A stretch of DNA of 63,697 bases, filler included, from Lama guanicoe (taxonomy: Eukaryota): assembly GCA_013239625.1 (NCBI GenBank). It is 200 parts of 200 records of this genome, joined end to end, with 100 filler letters (N's around TTAATTAATTAA, not from the genome) between each part and the next. Parts side by side here need not be neighbours in the genome. Positions count along the whole stretch, not along the records: positions 1 to 219 come from PNXV01039888.1; positions 320 to 538 come from PNXV01039889.1; positions 639 to 856 come from PNXV01039890.1; positions 957 to 1,175 come from PNXV01039891.1; positions 1,276 to 1,494 come from PNXV01039892.1; positions 1,595 to 1,813 come from PNXV01039893.1; positions 1,914 to 2,132 come from PNXV01039894.1; positions 2,233 to 2,451 come from PNXV01039895.1; 192 more parts are not named here. One strand, 5' to 3'. Each line of letters starts with the position of its first letter. The first letter of the stretch is position 1. The translations under genes were made by a program, and so were the position numbers. The notes under the pieces were generated by a model. It was not told the origin of the DNA and did not search any database. It saw only the letters and a program-made list of their open reading frames with translations. Below, piece after piece: positions 1 to 11,701 of the stretch.

Positions 1-219
1 GAATAGAATCTGCTCAAGACTGCCAAATCCTGTCAGCTTTACTGTTGATGAAAGTGCATTGGATTTGCTATCTACCATAATTCTACCTGTGCAGAGGGTC
101 ATATTAGGGTCCACAATGTTTGCTGCCTCTCCCAACCCTGTGGGTCAATTAAAGATTTGTTCTTTAGTTTACCTCTGTGATTTTATTTGACTGGTAAAAT
201 GTGAATGGAAGCAACATGT

Positions 220-319
220 NNNNNNNNNNNNNNNNNNNNNNNNNNNNNNNNNNNNNNNNNNNNTTAATTAATTAANNNNNNNNNNNNNNNNNNNNNNNNN
301 NNNNNNNNNNNNNNNNNNN
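220..319. other. Artificial spacer N44-TTAATTAATTAA-N44 (first of 199 copies)
   Basis: Identical 100-bp unit between all fragments. The palindromic 12-mer (264-275) puts TAA in all three frames on both strands. Confidence 0.99.
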
Positions 320-538
320 TCAATTTTTTGGAAGAGTGGGACAAAGATTAGCATTAATTCTTCTGGAAGTGTTTGATAGAATTCACCAGTGAAGTCATCC
401 AGTCCTAGGCTTTTTGTTGGGAGATTTTGTTATTACTAACTCAGTCTCCTTACTCATTACTGGCCTGTTCAGATTTTTTATTTCTTCATGAGTCAGTCTT
501 GGTAGATTGCTTTTAGGAATGCATCCATTTCTTCTGGG
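320..538 (-). mobile_element. LINE-1 ORF2 fragment (decayed)
   Basis: Antisense L1 signature 'attaattcttct...tagaattcaccagtgaagtcatc...cctaggctttttgttgggag'. Confidence 0.85.
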
Positions 539-638
539 NNNNNNNNNNNNNNNNNNNNNNNNNNNNNNNNNNNNNNNNNNNNTTAATTAATTAANNNNNN
601 NNNNNNNNNNNNNNNNNNNNNNNNNNNNNNNNNNNNNN

Positions 639-856
639 TGTCTTGGGTATTGTAAATAGTGCTGCTATGAACATTGGGGTGCATGTACCTTTTCTAATTA
701 GAAGAGTTCCCTCTGGATATATACCCAGAAGTGGGATGGCTGGATCATATGGTAAGTCTGTTTTTAGTTTTCTTGAGGAAACTCCATACTGTTTCCCATA
801 ATGACTTCACCAAACTACATTCCCACCAGCAGTGGAGGAGGGTTCCCTTTTCTCCA
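639..856 (-). mobile_element. LINE-1 ORF2 C-terminal region fragment
   Basis: 'tattgtaaatagtgctgctatgaacattggggtgcatg...cattcccaccagcagtggaggagggttcccttttctcca', typical antisense L1. Confidence 0.92.
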
Positions 857-1275
857 NNNNNNNNNNNNNNNNNNNNNNNNNNNNNNNNNNNNNNNNNNNN
901 TTAATTAATTAANNNNNNNNNNNNNNNNNNNNNNNNNNNNNNNNNNNNNNNNNNNNAGGCCGGCCGCCCAGCGGACGGACAGAGCGCGGCCAGGCGTGCA
1001 GCCCGGCCCTGGGTGTGCACAGCTGTCCCGCGGGCTGGAGGCACCTGCTGGGCTCGGGAACGTGGAAGACACCCAGTCGAGTGGGCTGGACAAATGACTG
1101 GAGGAGGGGAGTCTGCAGAGCCCACGGTGCCCTGGGGCCAGCCCTGCCCGTGGAGCCGACTGTCCCCACTGGGGGNNNNNNNNNNNNNNNNNNNNNNNNN
1201 NNNNNNNNNNNNNNNNNNNTTAATTAATTAANNNNNNNNNNNNNNNNNNNNNNNNNNNNNNNNNNNNNNNNNNNN

Positions 1276-1494
1276 GGAAATGACAAGAAAGTGGGAGTAG
1301 TAGTACTCATATCAGAGAAAATACACTTTAAAATAAAAGCCATAAAGAAAGACAAAGAAGGACACTATATAGTGATCAAAGGAGCAGTAAAAGATGAGGA
1401 TATTACACTTGTAACATTTATGCACACAATATAGGAGCTCCTAAATATATTAAACAATTACTAACAGACATAAAGGGAGAAACTGATGGGAATA
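1276..1494 (+). mobile_element. LINE-1 ORF2 endonuclease-domain fragment
   Basis: Translates GNDKKVGVVVLISEKIHFKIKAIKKDKEGHYIVIKG, matching the L1 EN motif 'KKAGVAILISDK.DFK...DKEGHYIMIKG'. Confidence 0.93.
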
Positions 1495-2232
1495 NNNNNN
1501 NNNNNNNNNNNNNNNNNNNNNNNNNNNNNNNNNNNNNNTTAATTAATTAANNNNNNNNNNNNNNNNNNNNNNNNNNNNNNNNNNNNNNNNNNNNAGAAGA
1601 AAATATATTTATTTTTATCAATGGAAATAATCAATAAACTATTACAGTAGGAACAGAGAACAGTTTTATTTGAGCCAATCTGAGGATTGTAGCCTGGGAG
1701 ACAGAGTCAGGAAGCACCTGGATTGTGTTATGCTGAACCACAAAATGGGGAAGGCTTATAAAGGCAAAAACTGCAAAATTAAATATGTTGTTTGTCAAGA
1801 ATTAGAATTGGAGNNNNNNNNNNNNNNNNNNNNNNNNNNNNNNNNNNNNNNNNNNNNTTAATTAATTAANNNNNNNNNNNNNNNNNNNNNNNNNNNNNNN
1901 NNNNNNNNNNNNNGTTATTTGTCTTCCTTAATGTCTTGATAAAAACATGCTAGGTACATTTTATTAATGCTAAGGTTTATTTTAATTATAAATATGAGTA
2001 TCTACCTTAGTATCTTTTTTTCAACATTGCCATGACTTATGCTTGTTTCTCAGTGTGAATATATAAATATATATTAAATATACACACCTATATAGTTCTA
2101 CATATTTAATGTATATATGTATATATATATATNNNNNNNNNNNNNNNNNNNNNNNNNNNNNNNNNNNNNNNNNNNNTTAATTAATTAANNNNNNNNNNNN
2201 NNNNNNNNNNNNNNNNNNNNNNNNNNNNNNNN

Positions 2233-2451
2233 TAGATGCCATACACTCAATTGGTGCCATGTGACCTAAACCAAAATTTTCACAGTGCAGCTAAGCAAAA
2301 GGGCTAATGAAGAAACTGTTGCTTCTGACAAAGCAAAAGAAGTTGAAGTTAGCGAGATTAACAATGAGAGTGAAAAGGGTTTTCCAAGTTTTATTCTTGG
2401 GAATAAGACTGCCTTATACTGCAACGTGGTATATAAGAGAAAATAGCTGAT
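2233..2451 (+). mobile_element. Possible decayed Tigger/pogo transposase fragment
   Basis: Scattered similarity only (ETVASDKAK ~ EAASADxEAA; NKTALYC ~ DETALYWK), with stops. Confidence 0.25.
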
Positions 2452-2551
2452 NNNNNNNNNNNNNNNNNNNNNNNNNNNNNNNNNNNNNNNNNNNNTTAAT
2501 TAATTAANNNNNNNNNNNNNNNNNNNNNNNNNNNNNNNNNNNNNNNNNNNN

Positions 2552-2770
2552 CAGCACTATTTACAAGAGCCAAGACATGGAAGCAACCTAAATGTCCACC
2601 GACAGATGATTGGATAAGGAAGTTGCGGTATATTTATACAATGTAATACTACTCAACCATAATAAAGAATGAAATAATGCCATCTGCCACAACATGGATG
2701 GACCTGGAGATCATCATTCTATGTGAAGTCAGCCAGAAAGAGAAAGAAAAATACCATATGATATCGCTTA
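2552..2770 (+). mobile_element. LINE-1 ORF2 3' end
   Basis: 'cagcactatttacaa..gccaagacatggaagcaacctaaatgtcca...caacatggatggacctggagatcatcattct'. Confidence 0.93.
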
Positions 2771-3189
2771 NNNNNNNNNNNNNNNNNNNNNNNNNNNNNN
2801 NNNNNNNNNNNNNNTTAATTAATTAANNNNNNNNNNNNNNNNNNNNNNNNNNNNNNNNNNNNNNNNNNNNTTACAGATTATCTAACTCTTCATTGAAGTT
2901 GGTCTTGAAAAATTGATGCTAGCCATTATTATCACGTGATAAACTCAAGTAATCAAAGAGCAATTCTTTGAAATATTATTCTAGCCAGACTACCCACTTG
3001 CTACCAATTTCCCCACCTCATACTTACTTGGGAGACCTGTAGCTCTGGGCACATCTTTGGGACATCTTCCTGGAAGGCCACGATCACCCNNNNNNNNNNN
3101 NNNNNNNNNNNNNNNNNNNNNNNNNNNNNNNNNTTAATTAATTAANNNNNNNNNNNNNNNNNNNNNNNNNNNNNNNNNNNNNNNNNNNN

Positions 3190-3408
3190 AATACAGGCAA
3201 AACATTATCTGACACACATCTCAAAAATGTTCTCCTAGTGCAGTCTACACAAGCAGTAGAAATAAAAGCAAGAATAAACAAATGGGATGTAATTAAACTT
3301 TCAATCTTCTGCACAGCAAAGGAAACCAGAAGTAAAACAAAGTGACAACCTACAGAATTGGAGAAAATTTTTGCAAATGATGAAACCAACAAAGGCTTGA
3401 TCTCCAGA
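3190..3408 (+). mobile_element. LINE-1 ORF2 fragment
   Basis: 'aaataaaagcaagaataaacaaatggga...ttctgcacagcaaaggaaacc...acaacctacagaattggagaaaatttttgcaaat'. Confidence 0.92.
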
Positions 3409-3827
3409 NNNNNNNNNNNNNNNNNNNNNNNNNNNNNNNNNNNNNNNNNNNNTTAATTAATTAANNNNNNNNNNNNNNNNNNNNNNNNNNNNNNNNNNNN
3501 NNNNNNNNCAGAGTCCGGCGACTCGCCCATCTGTCACCTCTGCAGTAGCCTCTGACCAAAGCATGGAGAGTTTATTCCTGGATGGTGTTGGCTGAAAAAC
3601 AGGCATTCCTCTGCGTGCTGCAGCGGGCTTGCGGGGAGGCGTCCTGGGGTCGCTGGGGTACTCGCCACCGGCCGCCACGCACACTCTGGAAGCTCAGGAG
3701 CTTGAAATTGTAAAGGTTTACTGCTCCNNNNNNNNNNNNNNNNNNNNNNNNNNNNNNNNNNNNNNNNNNNNTTAATTAATTAANNNNNNNNNNNNNNNNN
3801 NNNNNNNNNNNNNNNNNNNNNNNNNNN

Positions 3828-4046
3828 AGCCCCCTGCCGGCCGCAGCTCTTGCTGTCTCGCCGAGCCGACAAGCCTTCGAAGACAGGGGACGGAGCCCCG
3901 GCCGGAGACGAAGGCCGGCCGGGGGTGTGCGCAGACTCTCTCCTGTGTGGACTGCGCGCATGCGCACCAGCGAGGCGGGGCGAACGGCCGCTGCGAAGGG
4001 GCGGGACCCGTGACCGCCGCGTGGGGGCCGGCCCCGCCCAGGGGCG
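3828..4046. promoter_or_regulatory. CpG-island promoter fragment with NRF1-type site and GC boxes
   Basis: Very CpG-rich. GCGCATGCGC at 3956-3965, with GGGCGG/CCGCCC boxes near 3973, 3999 and 4034. Confidence 0.7.
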
Positions 4047-4329
4047 NNNNNNNNNNNNNNNNNNNNNNNNNNNNNNNNNNNNNNNNNNNNTTAATTAATT
4101 AANNNNNNNNNNNNNNNNNNNNNNNNNNNNNNNNNNNNNNNNNNNNCGTTGATCCAGCACTAAAAGAACGGGTTAAAAAGAAACCCTTACACTGGTTTCT
4201 CAGTCTGTATCCTACTGCCGGTTAGAATTTCCTGAAGTTATCTTTGTAAAGACGGATGGATCTTGTAATTCCCAATGTATATGTGTGTAGTGTGATTGGA
4301 AGTGGAATGAAAATTTGTTTTCCCTACAG

Positions 4330-4365
4330 GCTATGTGGTGAAGATGATCTTTCACACACAATTAT
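4330..4365 (+). CDS. Candidate 5' part of an internal exon (LCGEDDLSHTI in one frame), gene unidentified
   Basis: Acceptor 'tttgttttccctacag|G' followed by an open frame to the fragment end. Confidence 0.35.
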
Positions 4366-5103
4366 NNNNNNNNNNNNNNNNNNNNNNNNNNNNNNNNNNN
4401 NNNNNNNNNTTAATTAATTAANNNNNNNNNNNNNNNNNNNNNNNNNNNNNNNNNNNNNNNNNNNNTATTTGGAACTTAGGGAAAACTTCGGAGGTTAAAA
4501 TGTTGCTACAAACAGGAGGTAGTCAGAGGACATGGAAGGGGGAGTTGGGCGGTGGGGGGTTCTGTCCCTGGAAGACTCCATTGGACTCTGCTCGGTTACA
4601 CACACACTGGGGGCAGAATATGTTTCCTGATCATCGCTGTCTTTGAATTTCTGTTTCTGCCCAATTACTTAAGATTTTCATGCCNNNNNNNNNNNNNNNN
4701 NNNNNNNNNNNNNNNNNNNNNNNNNNNNTTAATTAATTAANNNNNNNNNNNNNNNNNNNNNNNNNNNNNNNNNNNNNNNNNNNNGGGTCCCATGTCTGTG
4801 CCCGGTCTTCTTCCCTCGCTGGGGACCGCGTCGTCCTTCTGGGTGGTTGTGAGCTCAGCTGCTGAAAGATGGTGTGTTCTGCATGCTTCCGCCAGCTCCT
4901 GTTTTAAAAGCCTTTGCAGGGGCCCCTGTGTTTCCCAGTTCAGTCCCAGAACTTGCCTCGTAGCCAGATGAAGAAGACACTGCTTTCCAGCACGTGTCTG
5001 TCCNNNNNNNNNNNNNNNNNNNNNNNNNNNNNNNNNNNNNNNNNNNNTTAATTAATTAANNNNNNNNNNNNNNNNNNNNNNNNNNNNNNNNNNNNNNNNN
5101 NNN

Positions 5104-5322
5104 AAGGAAATAACAAAGATTAGAGCAGAAAATAGCAAAACAATAGAAAAAAATCAACAAAAGCTGTTGAAAAGAAAATATAGAAGAAAAGTCTTGGTAT
5201 TGATTTTAGCAGTGATCACGGACGTGACACCAAAATCACAGGGAACAAAAGCAAAAACCAACAAGTGAGACTGTATCAAACTATAAAGTTTCTGCACAGC
5301 AAAGGAAATGATCAACAGCCTG
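5104..5322 (+). mobile_element. LINE-1 ORF2 fragment(s)
   Basis: 'aaggaaataacaaagattagagcagaa' joined to 'gacaccaaaa...ttctgcacagcaaaggaaatgatcaaca'. Confidence 0.85.
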
Positions 5323-6060
5323 NNNNNNNNNNNNNNNNNNNNNNNNNNNNNNNNNNNNNNNNNNNNTTAATTAATTAANNNNNNNNNNNNNNNNNNNNNN
5401 NNNNNNNNNNNNNNNNNNNNNNCCCCCCTTTGTTGTAAAAATCATCTGTAAAACGTTGTAGGAAAAAAAAGCTCAAACTTAAAATATCAAATATTTGCAA
5501 CACAATTCATTTTGAAGCTCATCATTTATGTTGCATCAAGTAAACAGTAAGGGCCAGCTCTGCGCCAAATACTATTTTTAGGCACTGGAGATCTAGCAGC
5601 AGAACAGAGATGCAATGTTCCAGTCTTGGACAAATTTATATNNNNNNNNNNNNNNNNNNNNNNNNNNNNNNNNNNNNNNNNNNNNTTAATTAATTAANNN
5701 NNNNNNNNNNNNNNNNNNNNNNNNNNNNNNNNNNNNNNNNNGTTGTGCCCGCCGCTGACCCTCCAGTGCCCAGGATGGAGCCCGGCATGAATCTGCTCAG
5801 TGCAGAGTGAGGGCAGGAGCCTGGAGGGTCTGGGCTCGGCAGGAGGGGAGGGAGGTGGCGTGTGTGATCACAGATAAGGCTTCCCGGACCCTTTCTGAGA
5901 AGCCGGGGCAAGGACCTTCCAGGGCTGTGTCGGGCCCCAGTCTGAGCTCTTTAACCAGCTNNNNNNNNNNNNNNNNNNNNNNNNNNNNNNNNNNNNNNNN
6001 NNNNTTAATTAATTAANNNNNNNNNNNNNNNNNNNNNNNNNNNNNNNNNNNNNNNNNNNN

Positions 6061-6279
6061 CTGGAATTTCCTGCAAACCCCCGTAGCATTCCCTGGCACA
6101 GAGACATGAAGTAAACCCTCAGGGGAGACGAGCACAGGCATTCCATTGGACCCACGCGCTGCCGACCGTTGGAGGAACCTCTCCACTCTCAGGATTATGG
6201 AACCATTGTCATTGAGTGTGGGAGCTCGACAGACAACTCCACACAGCTCTCTTAAGTCACAATTGTTCCTTGCCCGGGG
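6061..6279 (+). repeat. ~265-bp satellite, partial copy 1
   Basis: Shares 'cctgcaaaccccc..tagc', 'ccctcaggggagac', 'cgctgccgaccgttgg.ggaacc' and 'acaactccac.cagctctctt' with 15311, 53909 and 59970, in circularly permuted order. Confidence 0.85.
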
Positions 6280-6379
6280 NNNNNNNNNNNNNNNNNNNNN
6301 NNNNNNNNNNNNNNNNNNNNNNNTTAATTAATTAANNNNNNNNNNNNNNNNNNNNNNNNNNNNNNNNNNNNNNNNNNNN

Positions 6380-6598
6380 AAGTGATCTTTTCCAGTCTCT
6401 GGCTTGTCATTTCATTTTTCTAATAGTGTCTTTTGAAGAGCAAGCACTATTAATTTGGATGAATGCAATATATCCAACTTTGAGAGATCATGCTTATGAT
6501 ACGGTATCAAAGGAATCTGTGTCTTACTAATACCACAGAAATATTTCCGTACATAATCTAGAAGTTTTATGGTTTTAGGTTTTCAATTAGGCCAATAT
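6380..6598 (-). mobile_element. Old LINE-1 (L1M) ORF2 fragment
   Basis: 'ggcttgtcatttcatttttctaatagtgtcttttgaagagca...tctagaagttttatggttttaggttt'. Confidence 0.8.
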
Positions 6599-7017
6599 NN
6601 NNNNNNNNNNNNNNNNNNNNNNNNNNNNNNNNNNNNNNNNNNTTAATTAATTAANNNNNNNNNNNNNNNNNNNNNNNNNNNNNNNNNNNNNNNNNNNNCC
6701 AGCGTGGCAGATGGTAACGGTCACCCGGAGAGCGGTACGGGACGGCCGCTGCACTGGCCTCTCCGCTCGTCCACGTTTGAAATGTTTCCTTAAGGAAAAT
6801 CACGATGATGGTTTTGCTAACCCAAATTTTGGTAACGGAGACCTGACTGAAATAAAAAGATGATTGTTTGGGGTCTGTTAGGACTGCAGCCTGGGAAACA
6901 GATGCGGGAAGCACTTGNNNNNNNNNNNNNNNNNNNNNNNNNNNNNNNNNNNNNNNNNNNNTTAATTAATTAANNNNNNNNNNNNNNNNNNNNNNNNNNN
7001 NNNNNNNNNNNNNNNNN

Positions 7018-7236
7018 TAGATAGTCTTTTTGTATTGCTTATGGTTTCCTTTGCTGTACAAAAGCTTCTAAGTTTTATTAGGTCCCATTTGTTTATTTTT
7101 GCTTTTATTTCTATTCTTTGGGTAGATAGCCCTGCTCTGTAGTTTTGTCTAAAGCCTCGGAAGGTTATTCCTCTAGCTTCTTTCTTCTTCTTCAGTACTG
7201 CTTTGGCAATTCTGGGTCTTTTGTGATTCCATATAA
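7018..7236 (-). mobile_element. LINE-1 ORF2 fragment(s)
   Basis: 'tggtttcctttgctgtacaaaagctt...ggtcccatttgtttatttttgcttttattt' and 'ctttggcaattctgggtcttttgtgattccatataa'. Confidence 0.9.
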
Positions 7237-7748
7237 NNNNNNNNNNNNNNNNNNNNNNNNNNNNNNNNNNNNNNNNNNNNTTAATTAATTAANNNNNNNN
7301 NNNNNNNNNNNNNNNNNNNNNNNNNNNNNNNNNNNNCCGCGGGCCAGCCTAGCTCCCGCGCCCCTGGGACCCAGAGCAGTCAGGGCACCGTCCTGGGGGA
7401 GCGGCAGGCGGTGACAGGGGTGCACGGCCCTCCCCCGGGGGTGCCGTGAGATTCGGGGCAGGGGCTGAGAGCACGCGTCCCGCCGGGCCCTCCCGCTGCA
7501 CGGGATGCTTCCTGATTCCAAATACCTTTCCTGTGTCTCCCCTGTGCTTACAGGANNNNNNNNNNNNNNNNNNNNNNNNNNNNNNNNNNNNNNNNNNNNT
7601 TAATTAATTAANNNNNNNNNNNNNNNNNNNNNNNNNNNNNNNNNNNNNNNNNNNNGTCATCTTTCAATTAAATTTAAAAAAATAAAAGGAATTAGAAATA
7701 AGAAAACTGTACTTCATTTCAGAGTTAAATTTGTATTGCAAAATTTAC

Positions 7749-7821
7749 CTGATATCAATCTTTGTAAATTCACCATTTCTCCTGTTTTTTTAGGAACAGA
7801 ATCTTTCACTCCAACTGCAGG
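7749..7821 (-). CDS. 73-nt internal exon of an ANKRD26/ANKRD30/ANKRD36-family gene (PAVGVKDSVPKKTGEMVNLQRLIS)
   Basis: Minus strand: acceptor 'aaaccatacag|CCTGCA' and donor 'TCAG|gtaaat'. The open frame resembles the repeated family exon 'PAIEMQKSVPNKALELKNEQTLRA' / 'PTIEMKDSVPNKA.GMKDVQTSK' (from recall). Not in the ORF track. Confidence 0.75.
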
Positions 7822-7974
7822 CTGTATGGTTTTTGAAACAAACCGATTAATAATGTAATTTGATACAATCTGTANNNNNNNNNNNNNNNNNNNNNNNNNN
7901 NNNNNNNNNNNNNNNNNNTTAATTAATTAANNNNNNNNNNNNNNNNNNNNNNNNNNNNNNNNNNNNNNNNNNNN

Positions 7975-8193
7975 CCACTCAGCACAACTTAAACTTTCCT
8001 TCCTGGTCTTACTATCAGCCCCGCCACCAAATCTCATGTAGTTCAGGCCTTGGCACCTCTTATCTATACTTCTCTGGTCATCCCTAAAGTGGTGAATGTC
8101 CCTGACTCCAGTAGGGGCCTCTCCAACCCATCTGTCCTCCACATCCAGGAAGATAATGTATCTAACTGCTAGCCCTACCATTTTCTTTTCTGG
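7975..8193 (+). mobile_element. L2 LINE remnant
   Basis: 'caggccttggcacctctt...tccctgactccagt...cctctccaacccatctgtcctccaca' resembles the L2 3' region. Confidence 0.55.
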
Positions 8194-9250
8194 NNNNNNN
8201 NNNNNNNNNNNNNNNNNNNNNNNNNNNNNNNNNNNNNTTAATTAATTAANNNNNNNNNNNNNNNNNNNNNNNNNNNNNNNNNNNNNNNNNNNNTTCTATG
8301 TGCAACCTCTACCTGACACCTCCTATGACCTGCCCTGAAATATCGTCTTTTCTTCAGTTGTTTATCATCCAGTATAATTTCTACGCTGTTCACCATCTCA
8401 GTGTTTTTCCTCTGTCCTTCTCCTATTTTTCAATGTTTCTATTCAGTGTTTCTATTGGAACTGACAATTATTGCAGATGTGAGCTAACTAGGAGGGAGCA
8501 GTATAAGGTGCTNNNNNNNNNNNNNNNNNNNNNNNNNNNNNNNNNNNNNNNNNNNNTTAATTAATTAANNNNNNNNNNNNNNNNNNNNNNNNNNNNNNNN
8601 NNNNNNNNNNNNGAGGCCTTAAAAGAGTCTTCGAGAAAAGGTGCCAGAATGGTGTGAAATACCACACCTCTGGAGAAGAAAGGCTAGAGATCTCTGGGTT
8701 GCTGACAACTTGCCAGCCATCAAAATTATTTTAAAACACCTGACTTTCTTTTGCTGTTGTTCTTTAAACTCCAAGCCCTTTGGCCAGTCCCCTGATGTCG
8801 GTATCTACATCCTTCGTTGGCTTTTGTTCCTNNNNNNNNNNNNNNNNNNNNNNNNNNNNNNNNNNNNNNNNNNNNTTAATTAATTAANNNNNNNNNNNNN
8901 NNNNNNNNNNNNNNNNNNNNNNNNNNNNNNNACCTTTTTCTCTAGACAGTTGCTTCCGTCTCACAATTTCCTCTCAGCATTCTAAGGACACGACTCCACT
9001 GTCGTCTAGATTCTGACGCCAACTTCTGAGGAGAAGTCTGAAGCCAGATGATTTATGGTTCTTTGTTGGGTGACTTGATCTGTTGGTGGTGGCACTTTTA
9101 TTCCTTTTTCTTTTCTGTTTGCTATAAGTCCCTTCTTTATGCTTGAAATTNNNNNNNNNNNNNNNNNNNNNNNNNNNNNNNNNNNNNNNNNNNNTTAATT
9201 AATTAANNNNNNNNNNNNNNNNNNNNNNNNNNNNNNNNNNNNNNNNNNNN

Positions 9251-9468
9251 CCTGCATGATATTATGAATAATTCAACTGGACTGAACAGAGAAAAAATTT
9301 TAAAGTTATAGAAATACACAATTCAGGATATGACTTAAATTCCATATTCATCATTCTAAGTGAAGTAAGCCAGAAAGAGAAAGAAAAAATACAATAGGTA
9401 TATATATGACTAAAACATGCTGTACACCAGAAACTGACACATTGTAAACTGGCTATACTTCAATAATT
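9251..9468 (+). mobile_element. LINE-1 3' end pieces
   Basis: 'cattctaagtgaagtaagccagaaagagaaagaaaaa' and 'gctgtacaccagaaactgacacattgtaaactggctatacttcaat'. Confidence 0.8.
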
Positions 9469-9912
9469 NNNNNNNNNNNNNNNNNNNNNNNNNNNNNNNN
9501 NNNNNNNNNNNNTTAATTAATTAANNNNNNNNNNNNNNNNNNNNNNNNNNNNNNNNNNNNNNNNNNNNCCTAGGGTAGGTTAATATCTCTGGCTCAGTCC
9601 AGATTCTAAATCCTACTTGGTCCCCAAAGAGGAAGGTGTTTAGATGGAGGTGCTTGAAATCACATCAAATAAGACAAATTAAAAGAAATGGATATATTTA
9701 GCAAGATGGAAAGAAAACTAAATATAGATAAGATTGTTGTCCTCAAATCTTTGAAGGTCTGATGAGAAAAAAATAAGTTCATTATCCNNNNNNNNNNNNN
9801 NNNNNNNNNNNNNNNNNNNNNNNNNNNNNNNTTAATTAATTAANNNNNNNNNNNNNNNNNNNNNNNNNNNNNNNNNNNNNNNNNNNNTTTGTGTTGGGTG
9901 GCTGTTACATAC

Positions 9913-10080
9913 CTTGTCCGAGTCATCTTGTGCTGTTTCGATATATTTTCTTTTTCTCCTGAAATTTGTAACCAAATAATTTTTTAATGGTGCCATTTTT
10001 TTGTTTGCGTGTATCTCTGAGTTCATAGCCTCCAACAGAGATGAAAATCTCCCCTTGATGGGATCAAATATCCAGAGCAT
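9913..10080 (-). CDS. Candidate coding exon 3' part (MLWIFDPIKGRFSSLLEAMNSEIH...IETAQDDSDK), unidentified; may be a pseudogene
   Basis: 56 open codons ending at donor 'AAG|gtatgt'. There is an in-frame stop four codons upstream of the ATG. Confidence 0.35.
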
Positions 10081-10844
10081 CCGTTTGATTTATTTTACTT
10101 TTCTTCNNNNNNNNNNNNNNNNNNNNNNNNNNNNNNNNNNNNNNNNNNNNTTAATTAATTAANNNNNNNNNNNNNNNNNNNNNNNNNNNNNNNNNNNNNN
10201 NNNNNNGACCTTCAAAGTGATTATTGATGGAGTTGGATTAATGGCTACCATATTTTTTACTGGTTTTCTACTTGTTGCCTTTGTTCTTTGTCCCTTGTTT
10301 TGTCTTCCACTCTTTTTGCCTTTTGTGGTTTTGACTAAGTATTCTCTATGTTCATTTTCTCCACTTTCTTAACCTTTTTTTTTTTTTTAGTGGTTTCCCT
10401 ACAGTTTGCAATCTACATTTACAACNNNNNNNNNNNNNNNNNNNNNNNNNNNNNNNNNNNNNNNNNNNNTTAATTAATTAANNNNNNNNNNNNNNNNNNN
10501 NNNNNNNNNNNNNNNNNNNNNNNNNCACACTGCTTGGTAAAGAGCTGCTTCCTGAGACCCTCAAGGTCCCCACCACCATCACTACCCCAACTCCCCTAAG
10601 ACCTCCCCCAGGATCTCCCTCCCCCAGCTTCCTTACAGTCCATCAACCGAGGGCTCAGTTGGTACTGGCATAGCAGGGTACTTCCATCATCCCGTGTCAA
10701 CAGGATGACCAGCTCTGATTAGTCAGTGTCATGGCTCCACCCGANNNNNNNNNNNNNNNNNNNNNNNNNNNNNNNNNNNNNNNNNNNNTTAATTAATTAA
10801 NNNNNNNNNNNNNNNNNNNNNNNNNNNNNNNNNNNNNNNNNNNN

Positions 10845-11063
10845 TGGGTAATGGTATTAATGCTTACCTGCTGAATTTGAAAAATTTATAGCAGTGGATT
10901 TCAACTGAGAGCACTCACCCCGACTTGCAGTCCCAAAAGGGGTCACATTCGGCAAGGTCTGGAGACATTTATGGTCATTGCAACTCAGGATGTAATGGCA
11001 CTGGTATCTTGTATGTTAAAACCAGGAATGTTATTAAACAGCCTATAGTGTACATAATAGTCC
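10845..11063. mobile_element. MER20-type hAT DNA transposon remnant
   Basis: 'cattcggcaaggtctggagacatttatggtcattgcaact...gcactggtatct...ccaggaatgttattaaacagccta'. Confidence 0.7.
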
Positions 11064-11482
11064 NNNNNNNNNNNNNNNNNNNNNNNNNNNNNNNNNNNNN
11101 NNNNNNNTTAATTAATTAANNNNNNNNNNNNNNNNNNNNNNNNNNNNNNNNNNNNNNNNNNNNCTGCCGTGCTATACGCACCCACTGAATAATCTCTTTA
11201 TTGTTTGCATGTTTTATCACCGAGTGACGGAGATCTTCAAAGATGCTTTAACAGAATGTATGTTTTCATAAAGTTGATTGCCTTGATATCACCATTGAAA
11301 TTCTTGCTTCAAGCTGAGAATTTTTCTTAAAAAAGATGGTCTTTGGTGCAGAATTAAGACAGGCTTTACAGGGTGGTTCCAGNNNNNNNNNNNNNNNNNN
11401 NNNNNNNNNNNNNNNNNNNNNNNNNNTTAATTAATTAANNNNNNNNNNNNNNNNNNNNNNNNNNNNNNNNNNNNNNNNNNNN

Positions 11483-11701
11483 AGGTTATTGTCTAGACAT
11501 TTACCTTCTGTTAATATCTAGGAGTGGGATCGCTAGATTGTAAGATGTTTATTTAATTTCAGAAGAAACTGCCTAATGGTTCTCTAATGTGGCTGTACCA
11601 CTTCACATTTCCATCAGCAATGTGTGAGTGTTCCAGTTTCTCTGCATCCTTTCTAGTGCTTGGTATTGTCGGCTTTTTTTAAAATTGACATATAGTCAAT
11701 T
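11483..11701 (-). mobile_element. LINE-1 ORF2 fragment
   Basis: 'gtggctgtaccacttcacatttccatcagcaatgtgtgagtgttccagtttctctgcatcct'. Confidence 0.85.

Noticed and set aside
7927..8181. 84-aa protein-looking ORF (MVGLAVRYIIFLDVEDRW...)
   Set aside because: The opposite strand resembles an L2 remnant, and I recognise no protein family.
11164..11382. Possible hAT/Charlie transposase remnant
   Set aside because: Only a vague motif resemblance with multiple stops.
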